64,000 nt of DNA, from positions 5,523,908 through 5,587,907 of the forward strand of contig OW818657.1 of assembly GCA_942492905.1 (NCBI GenBank). The letters are read 5' to 3'. Below are positions 7,810-17,694 of the stretch, one piece after another; positions within the stretch are counted from its first letter, which is position 1; the number at the start of each line of letters is the position of its first letter. Source of the DNA: an uncultured Verrucomicrobiota bacterium. GTDB taxonomy: Bacteria; Verrucomicrobiota; Verrucomicrobiia; Verrucomicrobiales; V1-33. Position numbers and translations under genes: made by a program. Below the pieces are notes generated by a model, which saw only the letters and a list, made by a program, of their open reading frames with translations, was not told where the DNA came from and ran no database searches.

Positions 7810-10483
7810 ACACATCTCGGCGGTGCTGCGGCCGCGCAGCGAGGCGGAAGCGGTGGACCTTGGCCTGGCGATGGTGCGGCGTCATGCCGCGGGCATTTAC
7901 CGTGCCTTGTTCACCCTGCTGATCCCGCTGTGGGGAGTGCTGGCGGCGGTGTTTCATAGCAACCCCAGCCTGCTCGTGCTGACCGCATGGTGGCTGAAAC
8001 CACTTTACGACCGGGTGGTGCTTTTTTATCTGGGACGGGCGCTCTTTGGAGCGGCTCCCACGCTGCGGGAACAACTCAGGGAATGGCCCCGTCTGCTGCG
8101 TCAGCGTCCAGGACTTTCCCTGCTGTGGGGACGGCTGTCCGGCGTGCGGAGTTTTACCATGCCGGTGGTGGTGCTGGAGGGCTTGACCGGAAAACTTTAC
8201 CAGGAACGCACCAGCATCCTGAAACGCCACGGCGGCGGGGCAGCCTTTGGTTTCATGCAGTTGTTTCTCTTGCTGGAGGTGGCGGTGATCCTGGGGCTGT
8301 GGTTGGGCATCAAGCCATATTTGCCGGAGGAATACCTGGAATGGTTCCCGCAATCCACCACGGCCCTGATGGCCAGCGCCGAACCACCTCCAGGCTTGCT
8401 CTGGAGCCTGGCGGTTTGCTATCTGATCGCCGTGGCCCTGCTGGAACCGTTTTACGCCGGCGGCGGTTTCGGGCTTTATATCAATACCCGGACCCACCTG
8501 GAAGGCTGGGATGTGGACCTGGCCTTCCGCCAGCTCGGCAAGCGCCTGCGGGACCGGTCGTCCACCGGCCAAGGACCGCCTCCCCTCGCACTGCTCGTCG
8601 CCTTCATCCTCTGCCTCGGCACCGCGGCGCAGCTCCGGGCCGGAGCCGTCGATCCGGTCGAAGCGAAGTCCCAAATCCAGGAAGTGCTGACCCATCCTGA
8701 CTTCAAGGAACACGTGAAAAAATACCGGGAATGGGTGCCCGACTCCCCGGCTCCGCCGCCCACCCCTTCAAAGCCGGAAGGCTGGGATTGGAGCTGGCTG
8801 ACCCGGCTGAGCGATACCCTGACAAGTTTCTTTTCCGGGGATTGGAAGGAGCTGATCCCCCGGCTGATCCTGGCTCTCGGTCTGGCCTCCCTCGTGGCTT
8901 GGCTGACGTTGCTGATCGTAAAATACCACCGCGCCCGGGGACCCCGCCGGCCCGCCCGGGAAAAGGACCGCGGCCCGCGCACCCTGATGGGCCTGGACGT
9001 GACCCCGGAGTCGCTCCCGCCGGAAATTCCCACCGTTTCCTGGGCCTTGTGGCAAGGCGGCGACTCCGGGGCTGCGGTGCGTCTGCTCTACCGCGGAGCC
9101 CTTTCCTGGCTGATGCAGCAGGGCCATCTCTCCATCCGGGAGAGCGATACCGAAGGTGATTGCCTGCGCCACGCCGGAGCCCTGCCGGAGGCCGGGCGGC
9201 GGCAGTATTTTGCGGACCTGACCGGAATCTGGCTGGCCACCGCCTATGGGAAGACTCCCCCTGCCTCCGGAGTCATGCGGGACCTCTGCGACCGCTGGCC
9301 CTTCGCCCTGACAGAACCAGCCGGCCCGGCGTCCCCGGGGATCCGGCCCGGCCTGGTGTCGCTCCTGCTCCTGTTTGCAGTTAGTCTCACCGGCTGCAAA
9401 GGTAAATGGGAGGATCGGGAACAGGAAATCGGCTATGAAGGCCAGGCCCGGCGCGATCCCTGGCTGGCGGCCACCCGCTTCCTGGAACTCAATAGCCTTC
9501 CCGTGCTGCAGCAACGTGGCATTCCGGACCTGACCGATGAGCAATCCGTCATTATCATCAACGCGGAGGCCATCCGCTCCGAAGCCCTCGCCCGCCGCCT
9601 CGTGACATGGACCCGGAGCGGCGGTCATCTCATCTATCTGGCGGAAGGCGGGGAACCGTGGCGCAACGACTGGGAGACTTCCAGCAGCGGCCATCCGCAG
9701 AGCGACGTCCCACACCCGCTCCTGACTCTGCTCGGGATCACGCAATCCGTAGTTCCGCGGGGCACCACCGGCCTCAGCCGCGTCACTCTTGATGGCGAGG
9801 AATTCAAAGTCAGCCTGAAGGAAAAAGTCAGCTTCGACCTCACCGGCGCCAGGGAAACCATCGCCTTCTCCGCGGGAAACCACGCCAGGGCGGCCCTCGC
9901 CAGCCTGCACACCGGTGAGGGCATGGTCACGCTGGTGGCCCATGCGCACGCCTTCCGGAACCGCTGGATCGACGATGATGACCATGCCGCGTTGCTCCTC
10001 GCCCTCGTTGATCAAACGCCGGTCCAGCAGGTTATCTTCATCAAAGCCGCCGCGCTCAATCTCTGGGGCATGCTGCGCGAACACGCCTGGCCGGCGTTGC
10101 TGGCATTGGGGGTGCTGGTGGCCGTATGGCTCTGGGGGGTGCTGCCCCGCTTCGGTCCCGTGCGCGCCCTGCCCGGGCGGGCCGAGCGCCGCTTCGCCGG
10201 TCATCTGGAAGAAGCCGGCACCTTCCTGTGGCATCAGCGGCTAACCGATTCCCTGCTGGAGGCTCCACGCCAGGCCGTGCTTTCCGCCGCCCGCCGGCAT
10301 GGCCTGAGGGAAGGCGGGCGGCTCTTCACCGACCTGCTCGCCACCCGCGCCGGCCTGCCGCCGGAGCGCGTCCAGGAAGCCCTTTACGGAGGGGGACTGG
10401 CAGAAGCCAAACCTTTCACCCGCCAGATGGCGGACCTCCAGATCCTGCTGGAGTCTTTTTCCCAACGCCCACCGGTTTCCTGA
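7799..10483 (+). CDS. Large fused membrane protein: N-terminal polytopic module + DUF4129-like + DUF4350-like regions
   Basis: I moved the start from 7673 to ATG 7799 (MKLEHISAVLRP...), which overlaps the upstream stop by 11 nt. Residues ~1-270 are polytopic membrane. The middle carries LLYRGALSWLMQQGHLSIRESDTEGDCLRHA...YFADLTGIWLATAYG (DUF4129-like). After another TM segment, the C-terminal ~360 aa resembles DUF4350 (GYEGQARRDPWLAATRFLE...IINAEAI...GGHLIYLAEG). Confidence 0.65.
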   Translation: MKLEHISAVLRPRSEAEAVDLGLAMVRRHAAGIYRALFTLLIPLWGVLAAVFHSNPSLLVLTAWWLKPLYDRVVLFYLGRALFGAAPTLREQLREWPRLLRQRPGLSLLWGRLSGVRSFTMPVVVLEGLTGKLYQERTSILKRHGGGAAFGFMQLFLLLEVAVILGLWLGIKPYLPEEYLEWFPQSTTALMASAEPPPGLLWSLAVCYLIAVALLEPFYAGGGFGLYINTRTHLEGWDVDLAFRQLGKRLRDRSSTGQGPPPLALLVAFILCLGTAAQLRAGAVDPVEAKSQIQEVLTHPDFKEHVKKYREWVPDSPAPPPTPSKPEGWDWSWLTRLSDTLTSFFSGDWKELIPRLILALGLASLVAWLTLLIVKYHRARGPRRPAREKDRGPRTLMGLDVTPESLPPEIPTVSWALWQGGDSGAAVRLLYRGALSWLMQQGHLSIRESDTEGDCLRHAGALPEAGRRQYFADLTGIWLATAYGKTPPASGVMRDLCDRWPFALTEPAGPASPGIRPGLVSLLLLFAVSLTGCKGKWEDREQEIGYEGQARRDPWLAATRFLELNSLPVLQQRGIPDLTDEQSVIIINAEAIRSEALARRLVTWTRSGGHLIYLAEGGEPWRNDWETSSSGHPQSDVPHPLLTLLGITQSVVPRGTTGLSRVTLDGEEFKVSLKEKVSFDLTGARETIAFSAGNHARAALASLHTGEGMVTLVAHAHAFRNRWIDDDDHAALLLALVDQTPVQQVIFIKAAALNLWGMLREHAWPALLALGVLVAVWLWGVLPRFGPVRALPGRAERRFAGHLEEAGTFLWHQRLTDSLLEAPRQAVLSAARRHGLREGGRLFTDLLATRAGLPPERVQEALYGGGLAEAKPFTRQMADLQILLESFSQRPPVS

Positions 10484-10518
10484 CACTTTCCACCCTTCCG
10501 CAATCCTATCTATTCATC

Positions 10519-11532
10519 ATGGACGATCTCCCGCCTCCGGCCTCTCCCTTTCCCGTGCTCCCGCCCCCACCCGAAGCCGAAACTCCCTATCAACAGGCCG
10601 CCGCGCTGCTGCACCGCATCCGCACCACCGTGGGCGCCGTGGTCCTCGGACAACCTGACGTGGTGGACCAGGTTCTGGTCGCCTTCATCGCCGGCGGCCA
10701 TGTGCTGCTGGAAGGCAAACCCGGGCTTGGTAAAACCCACCTCGTGCTGGCCCTCGCCGCCACCTTCGGCGGCCAGTTCCGCCGCATCCAGTTCACCCCG
10801 GATCTGATGCCGGGCGATGTCACCGGCCACACCCTCTACGACATGGGACGTCAGGAATTCCGCCTCAAACAGGGCCCGGTCTTCTGCAACCTGCTCCTCG
10901 CGGACGAGATCAACCGCGCCCCCGCCAAAACCCAGGCGGCGCTGCTGGAAGTCATGCAGGAAAACCAGGTCACCATCGACGGCCAGACCCTGCCGCTCTC
11001 CCCGCCCTTCATGACCCTTGCTACCCAAAACCCCATCGAGCAAGAAGGCACCTATCCGCTCCCCGAGGCGCAGCTCGACCGCTTCCTCATGAAGGTGCAG
11101 ATTGATTATCCCAACGCTGATCACGAGGAGGCCATCGTCTCCGGCAGCACCTCCGGCAGTGATCCTCTCAGCGCCCGCCACATCCAGGCCTTCGCCACTG
11201 CGGAGGACATTCTCCAGCTTCAGGCCATCGCCGCCCGCGTCGCCTGTGTGCCGGAAGTGATCGCTTATGCGGTGCGCCTCGTGCGGGCCACCCGCGGCAG
11301 TCAGGGCATGGCTCTGGGAGCCGGCACCCGCGGCGCCATCGCCCTCGTCAAAGTCGCCAAGGCCTTCGCCCTCCTCACCGGCCGCACCTACGTCACCCCG
11401 GACGATATCAAATCCGCCGCCCTCCCCGTCCTCCGCCACCGCGTCGCCCTCGCCCCGGAGCTGGCTATCAGCGGCCAGCGCATCGACGATTTCCTCACCG
11501 GACTGCTGCGCACCGTCGAAGCCCCTCGCTGA
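10519..11532 (+). CDS. MoxR-family AAA+ ATPase
   Basis: Start set at ATG 10519 (MDDLPPPASP...). Walker A is LLEGKPGLGKTHL and Walker B is LLLADEINRAPAKTQAALLEVMQE. The MoxR-typical block FMTLATQNPIEQEGTYPLPEAQLDRF is present. Confidence 0.9.
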   Translation: MDDLPPPASPFPVLPPPPEAETPYQQAAALLHRIRTTVGAVVLGQPDVVDQVLVAFIAGGHVLLEGKPGLGKTHLVLALAATFGGQFRRIQFTPDLMPGDVTGHTLYDMGRQEFRLKQGPVFCNLLLADEINRAPAKTQAALLEVMQENQVTIDGQTLPLSPPFMTLATQNPIEQEGTYPLPEAQLDRFLMKVQIDYPNADHEEAIVSGSTSGSDPLSARHIQAFATAEDILQLQAIAARVACVPEVIAYAVRLVRATRGSQGMALGAGTRGAIALVKVAKAFALLTGRTYVTPDDIKSAALPVLRHRVALAPELAISGQRIDDFLTGLLRTVEAPR

Positions 11533-11598
11533 TCATCCCAGGCATTCAAAATGATTTACCGGCCTACACCGGCCGGGACAACACCCTAGCCGCTCTCC

Positions 11599-12909
11599 AT
11601 GCCAATTCCCGCCCGCACTCTCCTGCTTGCCCTCACCGGCTGGCTGGTGCTGGGCGTGGTGGCGAGTCTCTGGCCGGGACTGGTGCTGTGGTGGATTGCC
11701 GCCGGCATTTTCCTTGCCATCGCGGCCCTGGCGGATGCCCTGGATTTGAGAACCACCCAACGCCTCAGCGTCACGCGCGACGTGCCGGGGCGCATGGCAC
11801 TCGGGGTGCCGCTGGAGGTGCCGCTGACCCTGCACCATTCCGGCAGGATTCCGGCCAAGGTCCGCCTGTGGGACACCTTGCCCACGGCCCTGGAGACCGC
11901 CGATTTCCCATGGTCCGGCATTGTCCCGGCGGGGGGATTCATCACCATCGCGGTGCGGGTGCATCCGGTTGAACGCGGGCCTGCGGAGTTTGGTCAGGTG
12001 CATATCGAACAACGCTCCCGCCTCGGCTTCTGGAACCGCCGCTACCGGGCCGGGACGGCTGCCCCCACCCGCATCTATCCCAATTACGAACCGGTCGTCC
12101 GCTTTGCCCTGCTCTCCATGGTGAACAGTCAGGCGCAGATGGGAATCCGCCAACTCCACCGCGCCGGCCAGAGCCGCGAATTCCGCCAGCTCCGCGACTA
12201 TCAGGATGGCGATCCCCTGTCCCACATCGATTGGAAAACCACCGCCCGCCGCCTCAGCATCACCAGCCGGGAATATGAAGAGCAACGCAATCAAACCCTG
12301 ATTCTCATGGTCGACTGCGGACGCCGCCTCCGCGCCATGGACGGCGAACTGACACAATTCGACCATAGCCTCAATGCCCTGCTCCTCCTCAGCTTCATTG
12401 CCCTCCGCCAGGGTGACAGCGTCGGCGTGATGTCCTTCGGCAGCGATCCGCCGCGCTGGCTGCCGCCGGTCAAAGGTCCGCACGCCATGCCCGCGATTCT
12501 GAATCATCTTTACGACTATCAACCGGGCAGCTCCCCCGGCGACTTCAGTGAGGCGGCCGAATCCCTGCTGGCCCGCTGGTCCCGCCGCGCCCTCGTCGTC
12601 ATCGCCACCAATCTCCGCAGCGAGGACGAGTCGCATTTCACCGCACCGCTGGCCCTGATGCGGCGCAAGCACCTCGTGGTCGTGGCCAGCCTGCGCGAAA
12701 AGGAAGTTGCCGCGCAGTCCCGGGTTCCGGTCACCGATCTCCCTTCCGCGGTCCGTTTCGGCGCCATCCAACAATATCTCGACGAACGCCGCCAGTTGCT
12801 CGAAAAACTGCATCGCGGCGGCATCCTCACGGTTGATGCTCCTGCGGCGGAACTCCCGATCGCCCTCGGCAATCTCTACGTCGGCATCAAAAAACGCGGC
12901 ACGTTGTAA
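11599..12909 (+). CDS. DUF58 (vWA-like) domain protein, MoxR partner
   Basis: 436-aa ORF with two N-terminal TM helices. It has the hallmark DUF58 motif REFRQLRDYQDGDPLSHIDWKTTARR, followed by a vWA-like LILMVDCGRRL region. Confidence 0.9.
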   Translation: MPIPARTLLLALTGWLVLGVVASLWPGLVLWWIAAGIFLAIAALADALDLRTTQRLSVTRDVPGRMALGVPLEVPLTLHHSGRIPAKVRLWDTLPTALETADFPWSGIVPAGGFITIAVRVHPVERGPAEFGQVHIEQRSRLGFWNRRYRAGTAAPTRIYPNYEPVVRFALLSMVNSQAQMGIRQLHRAGQSREFRQLRDYQDGDPLSHIDWKTTARRLSITSREYEEQRNQTLILMVDCGRRLRAMDGELTQFDHSLNALLLLSFIALRQGDSVGVMSFGSDPPRWLPPVKGPHAMPAILNHLYDYQPGSSPGDFSEAAESLLARWSRRALVVIATNLRSEDESHFTAPLALMRRKHLVVVASLREKEVAAQSRVPVTDLPSAVRFGAIQQYLDERRQLLEKLHRGGILTVDAPAAELPIALGNLYVGIKKRGTL

Positions 12910-13095
12910 CTCCTCAAGGGCAGTGGACCGACCCACCTGTGGCGACAGTTCGGCGGACCGCTGGACCGAGGCCACTGGCATCGGTTTCCTCCTGATCAGG
13001 CGCCCAACCGGATGAAATTCCTTTTGCCCCGTGATAGTATTCCTCATGGCGGCACCCGGGTTCCGCCCGCATTCCCCTCAGCCGTGATTTTACCC

Positions 13096-16000
13096 ATGCC
13101 CCCCCGCCTCCCGTTTCTGTTGGCCTGCTTCGCGGCTGTCAGCACGGCCCTGCCCTCCGCCGGTGCCCCCATCAACTACAATCGCGATATCCGGCCCATC
13201 CTCTCGGAGAATTGTTTCTCCTGCCACGGCTTCGATGAAAAGGCGCGCAAAGGCAAACTCCGGCTCGATCTCGCGGCAGAGGCCCATGCCGACAGGGACG
13301 GCAGCATCGCCCTCAAACCCGGCGACCCGGCCCACAGCGAAGCATGGAAACGCATCATCCACTCCGATCCCGGGGAACTGATGCCTCCTCCCAAATCGCA
13401 CCTCGCCCTCACTCCGCCCCAGAAGGAACTCCTCAAGCGATGGATCGAGGAAGGGGCCACCTACGCGGGCCATTGGTCCTTCACGCCTCCGGAAAAAAAG
13501 CCACTCCCGGAAGGTTCCGCGGACCAGCCGATTGACCGTTTTGTCCAGTCCCGTCTCGCGGCAGAGTCGCTGAAACAAAATCCCGCCGCAGACCGGGCCA
13601 CCCTGATCCGCCGCCTCACCCTGGACCTCACGGGCCTGCCGCCCTCGGCCGCGGAGGTCGCTGCCTTCATCGCCGATCCGGACCCGCTGGCCTATCACAA
13701 TCTGGCCGGCCGCTTGCTCGCCAGCCCCCATTTCGGGGAAGCCATGGCCCTGCCGTGGCTGGACTCTGCCCGTTATGCGGACACCAACGGATTTTCCATT
13801 GATGGCGGCCGCCACCTCTGGCTCTGGCGCGACTGGGTCATCCAGGCCTTCAACGACAACCTGCCCTACGATCAATTCCTCACTGAACAACTCGCCGGCG
13901 ACCTGTTGCCCAACCGCACGGAATCCCAACTCATTGCCACCGGATTCCAGCGCAATAACATGGTGACCCACGAGGGCGGCACCATCCCCGCGGAGAATCT
14001 CCTGAATTACAATGCGGACCGCGTGAAGACCCTGGGCGAGTCCGTGCTGGGACTGACCCTGGGCTGTGCCCAATGCCACGATCACAAGTTCGATCCAATC
14101 TCCCAGAAGGATTATTTCCGCCTCTACGCCTACTTCAACACCTTGTCAGACCAAGGGCTCGACGGCAATGCCGGGGTCAATCCCGGGCCATCCATCCAGG
14201 CGCGGACGGTTCTGCGCACCAACGAGGAGGCGCCTCTTCGTCAGGAAATCGGCGCCCTGAAGCAATTCCTTGCCACTCCGGACCCGGCCCTGCTCGCCAC
14301 CTGGGAAGCCCGCGAACGCGCCCGGGAGTCCACCCGCGGCCACGGCCTCAAAACGTATCCGGTCAAGGTGATCAAAGTCTCCACCCCCAACCGCGGCGCG
14401 GGATTTGAGGTGGAAGGCAACAGCCGGGTCCGACTCCGCCAAGCGGGGGATGGGGCCTTTGATGTCTCCACGGAACTGCCCTCCACTGATCAGGCCATCA
14501 CCGGCCTGCGGGTCATCATCCATCCCCAAGCGGAACTCCCTAACGGCGGCTGGGGCAGCGGCCCTTCCGACCTCCTGAAACAGGATCCTGCCCGCAAAGG
14601 CATCTTCCGCCTCACTGCCCTTGCCGCCACCGCGGATCAGGTGCGCGGCGATCAGGTCAATCTTTTCAAACTCCTCCCCCTTGCCGGCGTGACCTCCAGT
14701 TCATGGGACCCGGCCTGGCCGGCGGAGGGCTGCCTTGATCCGCGCAATGACAGCGGATGGTCCCCGGACCAGGCCAGCGAGGGCCCAGCGCATCTCACCG
14801 CCACCTTCACCCAGCCGCTGCGGGCCGAGACCACCCGCTTCCTCACGGTGCAGCTGAACTTTGGTCAGGGGAAAAACCTCTCGCCTGCCCTGATCGAACT
14901 CCAGGCCGTCACCGGCACCGATGACGGCACCCCCCTGCCCGCCCCGGTGCTCGCCGCGCTGAAGCTTCCAGCCACCGCCCGTCCCCCGGAAACCCTGGCC
15001 ACTCTCTGGCAGCACTGCGCGGCCACCACCCCGGAATTGCAGCCCCGCCGCATCGCCCTCGCCAATCTGGAGGAACGGCTCGCGGTGCTCACCCAGCCCT
15101 TCCCCACCATGGTGATGAATACGGCGGAAAAACCCCGCGACACTTTTGTCCTCAATCGCGGCGATTATGCCCAGCCCACCGAAAAAGTCACTGCGGGCAC
15201 CCTCACCAATCTCCCGGCGCTGCCCGGCGGTGCCCCCGCGGACCGGCTGGGCCTCGCCCGCTGGATCACTATGCCCGGCCAGCCCCTGACGGCCCGCGTC
15301 GCCGTGAACCGGTTTTGGAAGATCTTTTTCGGCACCGGCTTCGTGGCCACCGCTGCCGACTTCGGCTCCCAAGGGGAATGGCCCAGCCATCCCGAACTGT
15401 TGGATTGGCTGGCGGTCGATTTCATGGAGCACGGCTGGGACGTCAAAGCCCTCATCCGGCAAATCGTGCTCTCACAGACCTATCAACAGTCCTCCGCCGC
15501 CACTCCCGGACAACTGGAACGCGATCCGGCCAACCGCCTGTTGGCCCGGGGACCGCGCTTCCGCCTGCCCGCGGAATCCATCCGTGACAGTGTGCTCCAA
15601 ATCAGCGGCCTGCTGGTCCCCCGGGTCGGCGGTCCCAGCGTGAATCCCTATACCCCAGGCGACCTCTGGCGGGAAGTCAGCCATTACGGCAGTTCCCCCG
15701 CCACCGCCCAGACCTTTGTCCAGGATCAGGGCGAAAAACTTTACCGCCGCAGCCTCTACACGTATTGGAAGCGCACGGTGCCCCCACCCAACATGGCCGC
15801 CTTCGACGCGCCCAACCGCGAAGTCTGCACGGTGGACCGGGCCACCACCACCACCCCGCTCCAAGCGCTCGTCACGCTCAATGATCCGCAGTTTGTCGAA
15901 GCCGCCCGTGCGCTGGCGGAACGCATCCTCGCCCGTCCCGGAGATGACTCCGCCCGCCTCCATTGGGCCTTCCAGGAAACCACCTCCCGCCTGCCGCAAC

Positions 16001-16197
16001 CGGCCGAACTCAAAATCCTATCCAGCGCCCTCGCCCGCGAACGCACCCGCTATTCCGCCAACCCCAGCCTCGCGCTCGACTTCCTCGCTACCGGAGCCTC
16101 CCCCCGCAATCCCCAACTCCCGCCCTCGGAACACGCTGCGTGGTCGCAGGTCGCCGTGCTCCTGCTCAATCTCAGCGAAACCCTGACAAGGAACTGA
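13096..16197 (+). CDS. PSD1-type protein: planctomycete cytochrome-c domain (PSCyt) + DUF1549 + DUF1553
   Basis: I prefer the start at ATG 13096 (MPPRLPFLLACFAAVSTALPSAGA, a signal peptide) over 13012. Supporting motifs are CFSCHG (CxxCH) in NYNRDIRPILSENCFSCHG, the DUF1549 block DRFVQSRLAAESLKQNPAADRATLIRRLTLDLTGLPPS, and the DUF1553 block CAQCHDHKFDPISQKDYFRLYAYF. Confidence 0.9.
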   Translation: MPPRLPFLLACFAAVSTALPSAGAPINYNRDIRPILSENCFSCHGFDEKARKGKLRLDLAAEAHADRDGSIALKPGDPAHSEAWKRIIHSDPGELMPPPKSHLALTPPQKELLKRWIEEGATYAGHWSFTPPEKKPLPEGSADQPIDRFVQSRLAAESLKQNPAADRATLIRRLTLDLTGLPPSAAEVAAFIADPDPLAYHNLAGRLLASPHFGEAMALPWLDSARYADTNGFSIDGGRHLWLWRDWVIQAFNDNLPYDQFLTEQLAGDLLPNRTESQLIATGFQRNNMVTHEGGTIPAENLLNYNADRVKTLGESVLGLTLGCAQCHDHKFDPISQKDYFRLYAYFNTLSDQGLDGNAGVNPGPSIQARTVLRTNEEAPLRQEIGALKQFLATPDPALLATWEARERARESTRGHGLKTYPVKVIKVSTPNRGAGFEVEGNSRVRLRQAGDGAFDVSTELPSTDQAITGLRVIIHPQAELPNGGWGSGPSDLLKQDPARKGIFRLTALAATADQVRGDQVNLFKLLPLAGVTSSSWDPAWPAEGCLDPRNDSGWSPDQASEGPAHLTATFTQPLRAETTRFLTVQLNFGQGKNLSPALIELQAVTGTDDGTPLPAPVLAALKLPATARPPETLATLWQHCAATTPELQPRRIALANLEERLAVLTQPFPTMVMNTAEKPRDTFVLNRGDYAQPTEKVTAGTLTNLPALPGGAPADRLGLARWITMPGQPLTARVAVNRFWKIFFGTGFVATAADFGSQGEWPSHPELLDWLAVDFMEHGWDVKALIRQIVLSQTYQQSSAATPGQLERDPANRLLARGPRFRLPAESIRDSVLQISGLLVPRVGGPSVNPYTPGDLWREVSHYGSSPATAQTFVQDQGEKLYRRSLYTYWKRTVPPPNMAAFDAPNREVCTVDRATTTTPLQALVTLNDPQFVEAARALAERILARPGDDSARLHWAFQETTSRLPQPAELKILSSALARERTRYSANPSLALDFLATGASPRNPQLPPSEHAAWSQVAVLLLNLSETLTRN

Positions 16198-16213
16198 ACC
16201 GGAACGCTTCCCC

Positions 16214-17674
16214 ATGAATCCTCTCGAACACCTGCAACAGCTGCAATCCCGCCGCACGTTCCTCGGCGATGCCACCCGTGGCATCGGCAGCATCGCCCTC
16301 GGCTCGATGCTCTTTCCGGAACCCGGTCAGGCGGAGACTGCGACTTCCATCGGCGGGCTGCCTTCCCTGCCCCACTTTGCTCCCAAGGCAAAACGGGTGG
16401 TCTGCCTTTTCCAGAGCGGCGGACTGTCGCATGTCGATCTCTTCGACGACAAACCCATGCTGCACCGGCACGCCGGCAAGGAAATCCCCGCTTCCGTCAA
16501 AGGCAACCAGCGCCTCACCGGGATGACCTCCGGGCAGACCGGTTATCCGGTGGTACCGCCGCTGATGCCCGGGAAAAAATGCGGCCCGCAGGGCACTTGG
16601 ATCAGCGATCTCCTGCCCCACCTCCAGAGCGTGGCCGGCGAGCTATGCCTGATCCGCAGCCTGCATACCGAAGCCATCAATCACGATCCGGCCATCACTT
16701 ACATGAACACCGGCAACCAGCAGCCCGGTTATGCCAGCATGGGGGCCTGGGTTAGTTATGGCCTCGGCAGTCTGAACCGGAATCTGCCCAACTTCATCGC
16801 CATGGTTTCGCAAGGCACCGGCAAAAACCCCGGCCAGCCCATCTTCTCCCGCCTCTGGGGCAGCGGTTTCCTGCCTTCTTCCCACCAGGGAGTGGGCCTT
16901 CGTCCGGGGGCCAATCCCGTGCTCTATCTGAATAATCCGCCGGGGGTGGACCGCCCGCAGCGCCGGGCGCTGCTGGATGATCTCGCGGAATTGAACCACC
17001 TCCGCGCGGCCGAACTCGGCGATCCGGAAACCCTCACCCGCATCAAGGCCTACGAGATGGCCTACCGCATGCAGATGTCAGTACCAGACCTCACCGACCT
17101 CAGCGGGGAATCCGCGGCGACCCTCGACGCCTACGGCCCGGACGTGCGCAAGCCGGGCAGTTATGCCGCCAACTGCCTGCTGGCCCGCCGTCTTCTCGAA
17201 CGCGACGTCCGTTTCGTCCAGCTCTTCCACCGCGGCTGGGACCAGCACATTGCCCTCAGCCGGCAATTGCCCAACCAGTGCCGCGACATCGACCAGCCCA
17301 CCGCCGCCCTGCTCAAGGATCTCAAACAAAGCGGCCTCCTCGAAGACACTCTCGTCGTCTTCGCCACTGAATTCGGCCGCACCGTTTTCAGTCAGGGAAA
17401 AATCGGCCATCCCTCCATGGGCCGCGACCACCACGGCCGCGCCTTCACCGTCTGGATGGCCGGCGGCGGGATCAAGTCCGGCATCGATTTCGGCGCCACC
17501 GATGACTTCTGCTACAACATCATCCAGGACCCAGTCCACCTGCGCGATCTCCACGCCACTATTCTCCATACCCTCGGCATCGACCACGGCCGATTCTCTC
17601 ACAAATTCCGCGGCCTCAATACCCGCCTCACCGGAGTCGAGGAAGCCCATGTGGTGAAACAGATCCTGACGTAA
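16214..17674 (+). CDS. DUF1501 (sulfatase-fold) protein with Tat-type signal
   Basis: 486-aa ORF with the twin-arginine leader SRRTFLGDATRGIGSIALGSML. It has the conserved DUF1501 C-terminus FATEFGRT...GRDHH. It is the canonical partner immediately downstream of a DUF1549/DUF1553 gene. Confidence 0.9.
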   Translation: MNPLEHLQQLQSRRTFLGDATRGIGSIALGSMLFPEPGQAETATSIGGLPSLPHFAPKAKRVVCLFQSGGLSHVDLFDDKPMLHRHAGKEIPASVKGNQRLTGMTSGQTGYPVVPPLMPGKKCGPQGTWISDLLPHLQSVAGELCLIRSLHTEAINHDPAITYMNTGNQQPGYASMGAWVSYGLGSLNRNLPNFIAMVSQGTGKNPGQPIFSRLWGSGFLPSSHQGVGLRPGANPVLYLNNPPGVDRPQRRALLDDLAELNHLRAAELGDPETLTRIKAYEMAYRMQMSVPDLTDLSGESAATLDAYGPDVRKPGSYAANCLLARRLLERDVRFVQLFHRGWDQHIALSRQLPNQCRDIDQPTAALLKDLKQSGLLEDTLVVFATEFGRTVFSQGKIGHPSMGRDHHGRAFTVWMAGGGIKSGIDFGATDDFCYNIIQDPVHLRDLHATILHTLGIDHGRFSHKFRGLNTRLTGVEEAHVVKQILT

Positions 17675-17694
17675 TTACCGGGATTCATCCCAGC

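Noticed and set aside
8768-13047. Minus-strand ORFs 8768..10234 (488 aa), 10510..11439 (309 aa) and 11533..13047 (504 aa) opposite the MoxR cluster
   Set aside because: These are shadow ORFs with no motifs and Gly/Ala/Arg-rich composition. The + strand carries Walker A/B and DUF58 signatures.
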